From: Veillonella dispar
GTDB taxonomy: Bacteria > Bacillota > Negativicutes > Veillonellales > Veillonellaceae
DNA length: 56,572 nucleotides
Direction: 5' to 3'
Assembly (NCBI RefSeq): GCF_937975875.1
Contig: NZ_CALJSP010000014.1
Span: 1 to 56,572, forward strand
Shown here: positions 29,296-38,899 of the stretch, one piece after another
Layout: every line of letters begins with the position of its first letter
How positions within the stretch are numbered: position 1 is the stretch's first letter
Notes under the pieces: model-generated
The model's input: only the letters and a program-made list of their open reading frames with translations
What the model was told of the DNA's origin: nothing
Databases searched by the model: none
Position numbers and translations under genes: made by a program

Positions 29296-31593
29296 ATGAG
29301 AGCAAGAAATAAATTTTTATTATCTGCTGTTATGATGACTTTATTGTCATCTACGATGGCTATGCCTAGCACATGGGCTGCAGCAGGTCTTAATTCCGAT
29401 GGACGTATTTTTGCAACTACTGCAGATAGCAAATTTGAAAGTACAGGTAATGCGACTGCAAATGGTGTAGTCGCATCTGATGGTGGTCAAGTTAGAATTG
29501 GCTCTTTGGATACTCCTGATGCATCTCAATTGCCTAAACGCTATCGTCAACCAGCTTTCATTACAGGCATGCTAAATAACAGTTCCATTCAAGTGGATGG
29601 CGGGGTTATGGACGTGACTACTGCACCATGGAAGTCTCCATATCCAGTAGCATTTGCATATAATAGTAAAATTAATCTCGGCATTGATGATGCGGGTACT
29701 GTAAAACACAAAGTGTTTAATATGCAAGGTGATGTGCTGGTATCTGATAAAATGATGCCTCCTCATCAACAACAGCAACCATCTGTTATCAACATCGGTC
29801 TAGGCCGCGCGCACAACAGTCCTAACCAATTTTCTGGTAAGGCTGTGAACACCTTAGAGGATAAGGGTGGCGAAATTAACATGACCTTTGATGGGGGCAT
29901 GTGGAGCCATGATTACATGGGCGGTTTGGAATCTTTCAAGATTGATGGTAAAACGGAACGCAGTAGTATTAATAACCTCACAGGCACTCGTACGCGCGAA
30001 GGTTTCAGCCGTATTGCGCAAGATTCTCGCAGCGACATTCATGTAAATAAATTGGACGGCCATATCAATGTTATTTATGACATGAGTGATAGCACGGGCT
30101 TGAACTTCGCTAAACAAGGCTCCAAGAAAAATGGTCTTGATCCGGCTGATATCGAGGGTGGTAACTTCATCGTGAAATCCGCTGCAGCTGGCTCCGGCGT
30201 GCATGGCTATGTAACAGGCGATCATCTTGATACTTCTTCTGAAAGCAATGTAAACAAGATTTTAGATAACTTGGCCCACAAATTCTATTATGAAAACTAT
30301 GTAAAGGGTGAAAGAAACCTTTCTGGTACTGTATCCATCGCTTCCAAAGGTATCGTGTCTAGCTACAAAAAAGCGTTGACTACAGATCAAAAAGAAGGGG
30401 ATATTACTTGGAAAGACGGTAATGGTCAAGGCTCTTATGTGGTGCCAGAACCAAAACCTACACCAACTCCAGAGCCAAAACCAGTTACACCAGTAACTCC
30501 GGATCCTAAACCAGTTACACCAGTAACTCCAGATCCTAAGCCAGTTACGCCAGTAACTCCAGACCCTAAACCAGTTACGCCAGTAACTCCAGACCCTAAA
30601 CCGGTTACTCCTGTAACGCCAGATCCTAAGCCAGTTACACCAGTAACACCAGATCCTAAACCAGTTACACCAGTAACTCCTAATCCTGTTGTTCGTGGTG
30701 CGTACGATACACCTCATATGCGTGGTATTCGTTCTGCTGTAGTAGGTAATATCAATGCTTGGCGTACATTAGCTGACGATATGTATCGCCCTCGTGTATT
30801 GCAACAAGGCGAACCAACTGGTATTTGGGCTCGCATCGGTGGCGGTAAATATAGCTATTCTGGCAGTGGTATCGATACAGCTACAGATTACACACGCATC
30901 CAAGGCGGTTATGATGCTAAAATTAGCCGTGGCTGGACTGTAGGTGGTCAAGTATCCTACCTTCGCGGTTCTGAAGACTATGTATTTGATGGTTCCGGTA
31001 AGGTTAAATCCTTCTCTGTTGGTGCCTATGGTTTGAAAGACCTTGGTAAGGATCAATACGTACATGTAGAAACGCAAGTAGGTCGTGTATCTAATGACTT
31101 CACAGCGCGTAATGAAATTGGTGACCCTATGTCTGGCGATGCAAAATCCAATGCGTATAGCATCGGTGTTCGCTATGGCAAAACATTGAAATACGCTAAT
31201 GGTTTCTATGTAGAACCACAAGCACAATTGAACTTCACACACTTCGGTGGTCGTAACTTCAATGTAGGCAATGTATCTGTTAACCAATCTGGTGTGAATA
31301 GCACTTCTGGTAAGCTTGGCCTTGAATTGGGTAAACAATTTGGCCATGGTAACCTCTATACACGCTTTGCCGCAGGTCATGCTTTCACAGGCAATGTGAA
31401 AACTGCATTCGCTAGTGGCAGTGTTGTGAAATTAACAGAACAAGACCTCAAAGGTACTTGGACTGAATTGGCATTCGGCGGCCGTTATGGCTTTAATAGT
31501 AATAATAGCGTATTTGCTGACGTTGCTACTGGTTTGTCTGGTGATCTCCAAGCAGACTGGGGCGTAAATGCAGGATTTACGCATAAGTTCTAA
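29296..31593 (+). CDS. Type Va autotransporter, paralogue of 26509-28746
   Basis: GAGGTG RBS and ATG 29296; signal peptide; shared [12 protein letters not shown] segment and a very similar barrel ending in THKF. Confidence 0.92.
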   Translation: MRARNKFLLSAVMMTLLSSTMAMPSTWAAAGLNSDGRIFATTADSKFESTGNATANGVVASDGGQVRIGSLDTPDASQLPKRYRQPAFITGMLNNSSIQVDGGVMDVTTAPWKSPYPVAFAYNSKINLGIDDAGTVKHKVFNMQGDVLVSDKMMPPHQQQQPSVINIGLGRAHNSPNQFSGKAVNTLEDKGGEINMTFDGGMWSHDYMGGLESFKIDGKTERSSINNLTGTRTREGFSRIAQDSRSDIHVNKLDGHINVIYDMSDSTGLNFAKQGSKKNGLDPADIEGGNFIVKSAAAGSGVHGYVTGDHLDTSSESNVNKILDNLAHKFYYENYVKGERNLSGTVSIASKGIVSSYKKALTTDQKEGDITWKDGNGQGSYVVPEPKPTPTPEPKPVTPVTPDPKPVTPVTPDPKPVTPVTPDPKPVTPVTPDPKPVTPVTPDPKPVTPVTPDPKPVTPVTPNPVVRGAYDTPHMRGIRSAVVGNINAWRTLADDMYRPRVLQQGEPTGIWARIGGGKYSYSGSGIDTATDYTRIQGGYDAKISRGWTVGGQVSYLRGSEDYVFDGSGKVKSFSVGAYGLKDLGKDQYVHVETQVGRVSNDFTARNEIGDPMSGDAKSNAYSIGVRYGKTLKYANGFYVEPQAQLNFTHFGGRNFNVGNVSVNQSGVNSTSGKLGLELGKQFGHGNLYTRFAAGHAFTGNVKTAFASGSVVKLTEQDLKGTWTELAFGGRYGFNSNNSVFADVATGLSGDLQADWGVNAGFTHKF
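30481..30687 (+). repeat. 30-bp coding tandem repeat (PVTPVTPDPK), six full units and one partial
   Basis: Units similar to CCAGTTACACCAGTAACTCCAGATCCTAAA. Confidence 0.92.
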
Positions 31594-31629
31594 GTGTAGA
31601 TTTACCATAAATTCTAAGTGTAAATTTAT
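31582..31629 (+). repeat. 24-bp tandem duplication spanning the autotransporter stop codon
   Basis: CATAAGTTCTAAGTGTAGATTTAC followed by CATAAATTCTAAGTGTAAATTTAT. Confidence 0.8.
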
Positions 31630-31663
31630 TAAACAATCTTTTTGTACAATAGCTAACATATAT

Positions 31664-31710
31664 AGCCTCCTAATAATAGAGTCATGACTTTATTATTAGG
31701 AGGCTTTTAT
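31664..31710 (+). terminator. Rho-independent terminator
   Basis: AGCCTCCTAATAATAGAGTC-AT-GACTTTATTATTAGGAGGCTTTT. Confidence 0.85.
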
Positions 31711-31778
31711 TGTATGGAGGATAGAACTAACTATATAGCCACCGATGCATTTTTCTTCTAACCTTAATGAAAAACTAT

Positions 31779-31807
31779 ATAGACGAAATACGATATATTG
31801 TGTATAC
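31779..31807 (+). promoter_or_regulatory. Promoter preceding a ~165-nt leader
   Basis: TAGACG-17 bp-TATACT. Confidence 0.55.
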
Positions 31808-31980
31808 TAATGAAAATAGTAAGCATACTAAAATCATTATTGATTGATGCTTACCGTATTAATAAATTTACCATGCTTAGTATGGGGATCTCTAAGGGGA
31901 TAACAGCTCCAAAAGAGATAATATCTAGTGTATGATAAATGAAGTAGCTCTGGGGAGGGCGCTTTAAGAGAGGAGAACTA

Positions 31981-32532
31981 ATGAAACTAATTAAATTATT
32001 ACCTATTATGGCAATTGCTTCTGTAGGTGTTGCTGGCCAAGTACATGCGGCACAAGATCCTTTGATGATGCCTGAACAACCTACGGCTCCTTTGACTGCA
32101 GAACAACAAGAAATCTCTCTTGCTGTTCCTAGTGAAGAGGTAAAAGCTGTAGTATCTGAATTTGCAGCATTCCAACTTGGTCAACCAAATATTGGCCGTG
32201 TGTCTGGTCAAGAACGTCTTGCTAACAATGCGTTGTACTACATGAACGTTCGTCGTAGCTGGTACATCACAAGCCATCGCTATAAAAAAGACAGCTATGC
32301 TCGCGTAGCATTAGATCGCTTGTACTTAGATTACAAAGAATTCTTCACGAATAACACTACAGTATCTGAAATGAATCAAGCTGAATATGAAAACCAAATT
32401 TTGGCAATTCTTGAAAAGAATACAGCTAACGTGTCTAATGATGAATTGCGTTTCTACATGAACGAAATGGTAATCTACAGCTTAAAAGAAGCTATGCGTG
32501 ACGGTAATAACCGCGTTAAACGTATCCGCTAA
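31981..32532 (+). CDS. Secreted hypothetical protein, paralogue of 49242-50030
   Basis: AGGAG RBS; signal peptide ending VHA; NVSNDELRFYMNE motif. Confidence 0.8.
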   Translation: MKLIKLLPIMAIASVGVAGQVHAAQDPLMMPEQPTAPLTAEQQEISLAVPSEEVKAVVSEFAAFQLGQPNIGRVSGQERLANNALYYMNVRRSWYITSHRYKKDSYARVALDRLYLDYKEFFTNNTTVSEMNQAEYENQILAILEKNTANVSNDELRFYMNEMVIYSLKEAMRDGNNRVKRIR

Positions 32533-32558
32533 TCGGTATATATAACTATATATCTATG

Positions 32559-32596
32559 AAAGAGGTAACGGCATAGGCCGTTGCCTCTTTTGTTTT
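32559..32596 (+). terminator. Rho-independent terminator
   Basis: AAAGAGGTAACGGC-ATAG-GCCGTTGCCTCTTTT; a second hairpin lies at 32601-32639. Confidence 0.85.
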
Positions 32597-32786
32597 CAAA
32601 ACAAATGCCCTCGTAGGAACAAATTCTACGGGGGTTTGTTTATTAATTAATTATATTATCTGATCTATTCTTTATGAATTATTATTTATGTTATTTACAT
32701 ATTTTTTCGATGGCAGTATAATCTACTTGTAGAATTATGAGGAAAGTATGAAGGAGAAGTGTTTTGTAGTGTAACAAGGGAGGCGT

Positions 32787-34172
32787 ATGATTATGAATCA
32801 CGCAAAGAAACTACAATTATTAGCAGTACTCGGAGTTTTGACCATATCTTCTGCTAGCTTGGTACAGGCTGCAGATATTCCTGTTGTTTCTAGTGGTGGT
32901 GCCACTTATAACATTGGTTTACAAGGCTGGTCATCTTTCACTAACTCAGATAATGTACATCTTGGCGGTCAAACTGGGGCGGCTAATAGCGATCCCTATG
33001 CCCATGTAGGGGATCCAAATGCAAAGGGTAATAATATTGCCATCGGTCGTCTTGCCTTGAATGGTTCTCAAGGTGGTGGTAACGTAGCGCTCAGTTCTAA
33101 GACATTTGTAGGCGGTAAAGGTGATTATAACTTCTTAGGTAACTTTGCAGCAGGTTATAATTCAACCATTTCTGATACGATTGCTATAGGCTACTTTACA
33201 GGTTCCTACTCTCAAGGTAATAAAAATGTATGGCTCGGCGCTTCTCAAGCTGCCGCTAGTAAGGGTAACAATACAGTATTAATTGGTTCTAACTCCACTG
33301 TAAATGGTAATTTTAACTATGGCATGGGTCATGGTGTTATCTTTAAAGGCGATAAGAACTCCGCTATTGGCGCATATAACAAAATTGAAGGTAACCAATC
33401 TGGTGCCTTTGGTGTAGGTACGTATAATGTGGATACTGTTAAGGGCGATAATTCCTACAGTGTTGGTAACAAGAACCAAGTGAGTGCTAATAATACATTC
33501 GTAGTGGGTAATAATGTGAAAACATCTCTAGACAATGCAGTTGTATTAGGTAATAATTCTACTGCTGAAAGTAGTGATGTAGTGAGCACTCCTAGTTATA
33601 CCTACAATAATGGTGTTACTGAAAGCTTCGCCGGTACTGCTCCTGTGTCTACTGTATCTGTTGGTGCAGCAGGTCAAGAGCGCACTATCACTCATGTTGC
33701 AGCAGGTCGTATTACAGCGGATTCTACAGATGCGGTTAACGGCTCCCAGTTATATGGTACAAACCAACAAATCGATGTATTGCATCGCGATGTACGCCAC
33801 GTGGAAAAAGAATCCAACCGCGGTGATGCTCGTGCCGCAGCACTAGCTGCATTACATCCACTACAATTTGATCCTGACCACAAGGTCCAAGTTATGGGTG
33901 GCTATGGTCACTACAAGGGCGAAAATGCATTGGCTCTTGGCGTAGGTTACTATCCGAAAGAAAACCTACTCCTTACAGCAGGTACAACTGTAAGTGGTGA
34001 TTTGATGACTAATGTAGGCGTATCCTATAAATTCGGTGAAAATAAAACATTGCCTAAGATTTCCCCTGCATCCTATAACGCATTGGAACAACGGGTAGAT
34101 ACATTAGAAGCACAAAACAAAAAACTACAAGAAACAGTAGATATGCTTGTGCAAAAACTTAATGAAAAATAG
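32787..34172 (+). CDS. Small trimeric autotransporter adhesin (YadA-like)
   Basis: Head repeats, neck (RTITHVAAG..TDAVNGSQL), anchor (AAALAALHPL..GYGHYKG..VGVSYKF), then a coiled-coil tail; promoter TTTACA(32694)-17 bp-TATAAT. Confidence 0.9.
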   Translation: MIMNHAKKLQLLAVLGVLTISSASLVQAADIPVVSSGGATYNIGLQGWSSFTNSDNVHLGGQTGAANSDPYAHVGDPNAKGNNIAIGRLALNGSQGGGNVALSSKTFVGGKGDYNFLGNFAAGYNSTISDTIAIGYFTGSYSQGNKNVWLGASQAAASKGNNTVLIGSNSTVNGNFNYGMGHGVIFKGDKNSAIGAYNKIEGNQSGAFGVGTYNVDTVKGDNSYSVGNKNQVSANNTFVVGNNVKTSLDNAVVLGNNSTAESSDVVSTPSYTYNNGVTESFAGTAPVSTVSVGAAGQERTITHVAAGRITADSTDAVNGSQLYGTNQQIDVLHRDVRHVEKESNRGDARAAALAALHPLQFDPDHKVQVMGGYGHYKGENALALGVGYYPKENLLLTAGTTVSGDLMTNVGVSYKFGENKTLPKISPASYNALEQRVDTLEAQNKKLQETVDMLVQKLNEK

Positions 34173-34242
34173 AATCTAATATCTAATATTTAATATTCAG
34201 TGTAGTAATATAGAATAAGCTTTAATATTGATAAAGGATATG

Positions 34243-34276
34243 AAAGAGGTAATAACATAGTTATTACCTCTTTTTT
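34243..34276 (+). terminator. Rho-independent terminator
   Basis: AAAGAGGTAATAAC-ATA-GTTATTACCTCTTTTTT. Confidence 0.85.
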
Positions 34277-34398
34277 ATATATATATAATAGTAAACTAAT
34301 ACGTTTCTAGTGACTACCTATCTTGACATACATAAACATTATTCGATACACTAGTATATATTTCATTTGTTGTTCATGAATTTTAAATGTAGAGAGTA

Positions 34399-35442
34399 AT
34401 GAAACGTATTGTGTGTATCGCCTTGGGCGCCCTATTGTGTTGTGTGGGTACAGCTGAGGCAGAAAAACAACAATTACATAATGATAAGGGCGTAGTGTCT
34501 GCAAAAACTGATGCTCAAATAGAGCGCATGAAGGCCGCATCAGAGGGCTTTCACATTACGCCTGCTGCTACACCAGACCATGTGATTGGCCAAGGTGGGC
34601 CGCTCATCATGGACCGGCAAGATACTAAGACCGTGCAGTATAGCAATGTGGATGCAGTGAACCGCGCCATTAATGCGGTGGCTATGTCCAATGTATCTAA
34701 TGCTATGTATGGTGCCAAAGGTAAGCCGTGGATGCGACGCACTACGCTGAGCTTTCAGTTCCAAGAAGGGTGGAAGCCGTTGTATTCTGCGGAGACGATT
34801 CAGCCTCTAGGTCATTACGATAATACCTCTCGTGATGTGTGGTTTACGCAGCAGCGCATTTCTCGCGCCTCTGATACGGGTACTACCCTTAATGTAGGCA
34901 TTGGGTACCGTCGTATTTCCAAGGACGACCGTCGTCTCTATGGGGCTCATCTATTCTATGACCATCGCTTCTTAAATCGTCACGATCGACTCAGTGCTGG
35001 TCTTGAATATATGTCTGGTGAAAGCGAGTTTCGTTTTAACTGGTATGGTTCTGCTTCCGATGAGCGTGTTTTGGATGCGAACCTACATACCTTAGAGCGA
35101 GTATCTAATGGTTATACCTTAGAATATGGTAAAACCTTTAAAAATGCGCGTTGGGCTAGAGTCTATGTTGAAGGCTATCACTGGAACCAGGATCGACAAG
35201 CTGATAAGAATGGTTTGCGCATAGGCTCTGAGATGCAACTGACACCGCGTGTATCTGTAGATATGGGATACAATAAACCGGAACATAGCTCTGGCGGTGC
35301 ATATGGTAAAATTACGTTCCGTTTAGCGGGAGCTCCGATGGCTTGGTATGGTGGCAAGCATCGTTTAGAACAATCTGCAACAGTTCGCGATAAAATGCTC
35401 AACCTCGTAAGACGAACTAATACGGTTTTTGTTGAACAATAA
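34399..35442 (+). CDS. Inverse autotransporter (intimin/invasin-type) beta-barrel without passenger
   Basis: TLNVGIGYR, GAHLFYD, RLSAGLEY, RFNWY and NGYTLE motifs; terminal VRRTNTVFVE. Confidence 0.8.
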   Translation: MKRIVCIALGALLCCVGTAEAEKQQLHNDKGVVSAKTDAQIERMKAASEGFHITPAATPDHVIGQGGPLIMDRQDTKTVQYSNVDAVNRAINAVAMSNVSNAMYGAKGKPWMRRTTLSFQFQEGWKPLYSAETIQPLGHYDNTSRDVWFTQQRISRASDTGTTLNVGIGYRRISKDDRRLYGAHLFYDHRFLNRHDRLSAGLEYMSGESEFRFNWYGSASDERVLDANLHTLERVSNGYTLEYGKTFKNARWARVYVEGYHWNQDRQADKNGLRIGSEMQLTPRVSVDMGYNKPEHSSGGAYGKITFRLAGAPMAWYGGKHRLEQSATVRDKMLNLVRRTNTVFVEQ

Positions 35443-35561
35443 TTTTGATAACTGAATAGACAAATTGAATAGTCATGCCATTCCCTGCATTCATTTTATT
35501 TTAATGAAAATTAAATGAAAAATAACCTACTATTGTTCCTATATAAGTGATATACTCTAGG

Positions 35562-35817
35562 TAAGGGAAACGTTAGTGTTCATATCAATTGTTTTTTAAG
35601 ATAATGGCTTTTTATAAAAGCCATTATCTTATTATTGATGCCGTGTGATCGCCCGTTCATCTTAGTTACTCTCCAACTATTTGATAATCTTTGTGTTGTG
35701 TTTACTTCAAAATCTCTCTCTTAATAACAAACCTATATCATACGGCACCGGTAAGGGGTTCGCCTTCCTCTTACCAAAAAAAGGATAGTTAATTCTCATC
35801 GATTAACTATCCTTTTT
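35562..35817 (+). ncRNA. Candidate ~255-nt structured sRNA
   Basis: Extended -10 TGATATACT (35548-35556); stems at 35597-35631, 35639-35649/35737-35747 and 35750-35775; terminator at 35776-35817. Confidence 0.5.
35776..35817. terminator. Bidirectional terminator
   Basis: AAAAAGGATAGTTAAT...ATTAACTATCCTTTTT. Confidence 0.85.
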
Positions 35818-35963
35818 ATATTCTCTTAATAGATATATAAATTACTGTTTACAAAATTCGTATAAGTGCTACAATATTCATATAAGACTCATGAATAAAT
35901 CGTGAATTTTAAAGTAAAGAGAGAATGATAGGTTTTGTAGTTTGTAAATGGAGGTTCTAAATT

Positions 35964-38741
35964 ATGAACAAACGGAAACGTTTATTAACCTTGTTAATTA
36001 ACGGTGTGTTGTTATCCAGTTTATGTATGGTAGCTAATGCTGCAGATAATGTAGCTGGGGCAGGTACTGGCGTAGCTATTGGCACAGGGTCTAGTGCTCA
36101 AAAAGATGGAGTAGTTGCTATTGGTAAAGGTGCACATACCAATTATGCTGGCGGATCTGGCTATGCTAATATTAATGGCGATGTAGTTATCGGTGAAAAT
36201 GCAACAACCCATAGCTACTATGACCAATCTGGCTCAGTAGCTATCGGTAAAAATGCATATGTAGAAAATACAATTGGTCAACAAGATAAATTCTTTGCGT
36301 TTGATCAAACTACTTTTAATCGTTGGGGTTTTGGAAGCCTTCCACAAAAACCAGATAAAGTTGTTACTGGTGTAGCAATAGGGGATAATACGTATGTTCG
36401 TAGTGGTGGTACCATGATTGGATCTCATAACTATCGTGGTAAAATTGGTGATATTACTGTCAACACCGATACTTACACAGAAAAACGTAAAGCTGGATTA
36501 GGTGTATATTCAACAACAATTGGTACAAATAGTTTTACCAATGGTACCGTTGCAACCACTACAGGTGCTTTAAATGTTATTTCCAGTAATTATGATGGCA
36601 CTAATTCTGATACTGCAGGAGTTAAAAATTTTGGGGCTACTATTAATGGCTCTTTAAACTCTATTGAGTCTGCTACAGCTGCTAATAGCTATTCAGGGAT
36701 AGGTAATGCTGTTGTTGGTACCGCTAATAGAACTTACAACTCTAATGGTTCTTTGATTTTTGGTGCAGGTAATGAAATTACTAACTCTATTACTGATATA
36801 GATGCGGATGCAATAACACCAAGTGCTTTTGGAGGACCTTCCTCGGTAACTAAATTATCAGAAACTGTGCGTAATTTAGTAAAAGATAATAAATCTGGTG
36901 GTTCTACCTTAGCTATTGGTGGTGGTAATAAAGCTGATTATACGCAATTAACATCAATGACAGGTGTTAATAATACTATTACAGGGACTGCTGGTAATGT
37001 TGCAAAATTGAATAATGTAACTGGGTACAATAATACAATTACTAATGCGTCTAATAATATTGTAATGGGTAATGATCATGTAATAACTGCTGATAATACA
37101 ATTGCTATAGGTGGACTTTCTTCTAGTGAAACACGCTCTGTTGCCAATACAACAACTATTGGTTATGATGCAAAAGCTTCTGTTGAAGGTGGTGTCGCTC
37201 TTGGTTATAAATCTAATGCGACCGTAGATAAAGGCGCAGCTGGTTATGATATCAGCACCAAAGCAGCATCTACTGATACAAGCTCCACATGGAAAGCCAC
37301 AGCATCTGCTGTATCCGTTGGCGACGTAGCTAATGATGTAACACGTCAAATTATATCTGTTGCAGCTGGTACAAATGATACTGATGCGGTTAACGTAGCA
37401 CAACTTAAAAAGGTAGAAACTAAAATCTCTACTGTTGAGGCAGATGCTAAAAAACATACTACTGTAGTAGCAGGGGATAATACAACTGTCACATCTGGTA
37501 CAAATGCTAATGGTGGTGCGGAATACAAAGTAGCTGTAAATAAAGATTTAGTAGATATGAACTCTGCTAACTTCGGCAAAGCTACTGATAATGTGCGTTC
37601 TCGTATCGATAAAGACCGTGCTAGCTTCTTCAACGGTAGCGAAAATATCGGTATTTCAGCTACTGAAGGTGTCAAAATAGAAAACACAGATAGCTTAGAA
37701 CAAGCAAAATTTGATAAATATGGTATGTATGCTAGTGAAGGGAATACAACTGTTTACTACACTACAAACGGTATTAGTGCAGGCGATCAAAAAATCAACA
37801 ATGTGAAAGCTGGCGTAGCAGATACTGATGCGGTTAACGTATCTCAACTTAAACATTTACAAGATCAAATCGCAGCATCTTCTAGTGTTACAACTGTAAC
37901 AGCTGGTGACCATATTAAGGTAACACCAACTGTAAATGGTAATACTCACGACTATAAAGTATCTCTTGCTGATGATATTGCTGATCAAATTACAAATAAC
38001 ACAACAAATATCAACAAAAATACAAATGATATCAAAAATATCAAAGGTGATTTATCTAAAATCGATAAACGTGTTGATAAATCTGTAGCGGGTGCAGCAG
38101 CGTTGGCAGCATTGCATCCACTTGATTTCGATCCAGATGCTAAATGGGACTTTGCTGCAGGCTATGGTCATTACCGCAGTGGTGATTCAGCAGCTATCGG
38201 TGCTTTCTACCGTCCTAATGAAGACGTACAACTTAGCGTAGGTTCTACTGTTGGCAGTGATGAAACAGTATTCAATGCTGGTTTATCTGTGAAAGTAGGC
38301 GCTCATAGTGGTGTATCTCGCTCTCGTGTAGCAATTGGTAAAGAAGTATTAGCTCTTAAGAAAACAGTAGCTGAACAAAATGCTCAAATTCAAAAATTGA
38401 CTACATTGTTAAATGGTGTTGCTGGTACTAAGATGAAAGCCGATCACACAACATTGTTCCCAGATATCCCTACAAACCATTGGGCATATGAAGCTGTAAG
38501 CGATTTATCTCGCCGTGGTTTAGTAGAAGGCTATCCAGATGGCACATTTGGTGGTGACCGTATGTTAACACGTTATGAATTTGCTCAAATTGTATACCGT
38601 GCCATTCAAGACGGCGTAACAGTTAATGATCGCCTTGTAACAGAATTCAGCCCTGAAATGGCTTTGTTCCGTGTTGACACTGTAGCAAAAAATGCTAAAG
38701 GTGAACCAACAATTGAACGCGTTCGTGTTAATAAAAAATAA
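35964..38741 (+). CDS. Trimeric autotransporter adhesin with C-terminal SLH domain
   Basis: VAIG head repeats, TDAVNVAQL necks, anchor, coiled coil, then FPDIPTNHWAYEAV..GLVEGYPDGTF..LTRYEFA (SLH); GGAGG RBS. Confidence 0.92.
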   Translation: MNKRKRLLTLLINGVLLSSLCMVANAADNVAGAGTGVAIGTGSSAQKDGVVAIGKGAHTNYAGGSGYANINGDVVIGENATTHSYYDQSGSVAIGKNAYVENTIGQQDKFFAFDQTTFNRWGFGSLPQKPDKVVTGVAIGDNTYVRSGGTMIGSHNYRGKIGDITVNTDTYTEKRKAGLGVYSTTIGTNSFTNGTVATTTGALNVISSNYDGTNSDTAGVKNFGATINGSLNSIESATAANSYSGIGNAVVGTANRTYNSNGSLIFGAGNEITNSITDIDADAITPSAFGGPSSVTKLSETVRNLVKDNKSGGSTLAIGGGNKADYTQLTSMTGVNNTITGTAGNVAKLNNVTGYNNTITNASNNIVMGNDHVITADNTIAIGGLSSSETRSVANTTTIGYDAKASVEGGVALGYKSNATVDKGAAGYDISTKAASTDTSSTWKATASAVSVGDVANDVTRQIISVAAGTNDTDAVNVAQLKKVETKISTVEADAKKHTTVVAGDNTTVTSGTNANGGAEYKVAVNKDLVDMNSANFGKATDNVRSRIDKDRASFFNGSENIGISATEGVKIENTDSLEQAKFDKYGMYASEGNTTVYYTTNGISAGDQKINNVKAGVADTDAVNVSQLKHLQDQIAASSSVTTVTAGDHIKVTPTVNGNTHDYKVSLADDIADQITNNTTNINKNTNDIKNIKGDLSKIDKRVDKSVAGAAALAALHPLDFDPDAKWDFAAGYGHYRSGDSAAIGAFYRPNEDVQLSVGSTVGSDETVFNAGLSVKVGAHSGVSRSRVAIGKEVLALKKTVAEQNAQIQKLTTLLNGVAGTKMKADHTTLFPDIPTNHWAYEAVSDLSRRGLVEGYPDGTFGGDRMLTRYEFAQIVYRAIQDGVTVNDRLVTEFSPEMALFRVDTVAKNAKGEPTIERVRVNKK

Positions 38742-38831
38742 GGATACTATTAGTTTATAGTGTTCATACAACTTAATAAGTAGCTACTATGCCATACCTC
38801 AACTCCACCCCGAGGTTGCATAGTAGTGAAC

Positions 38832-38882
38832 ATAAAAAGCGTAACTGATATAGATTAAGTTCTAATCAGTTACGCTTTTTTA
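38832..38882. terminator. Bidirectional terminator between convergent genes
   Basis: AAAAAGCGTAACTGAT...ATCAGTTACGCTTTTTT. Confidence 0.88.
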
Positions 38883-38899
38883 TTTATATCATGGTATAT

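Noticed and set aside
30481..30687. 30-bp repeats as a CRISPR array
   Set aside because: The units are contiguous with no spacers, lie in frame within a Pro-rich linker, and no cas genes are present
35639..35775. Retron msr-msd or group II intron remnant
   Set aside because: No reverse transcriptase nearby and no domain V consensus
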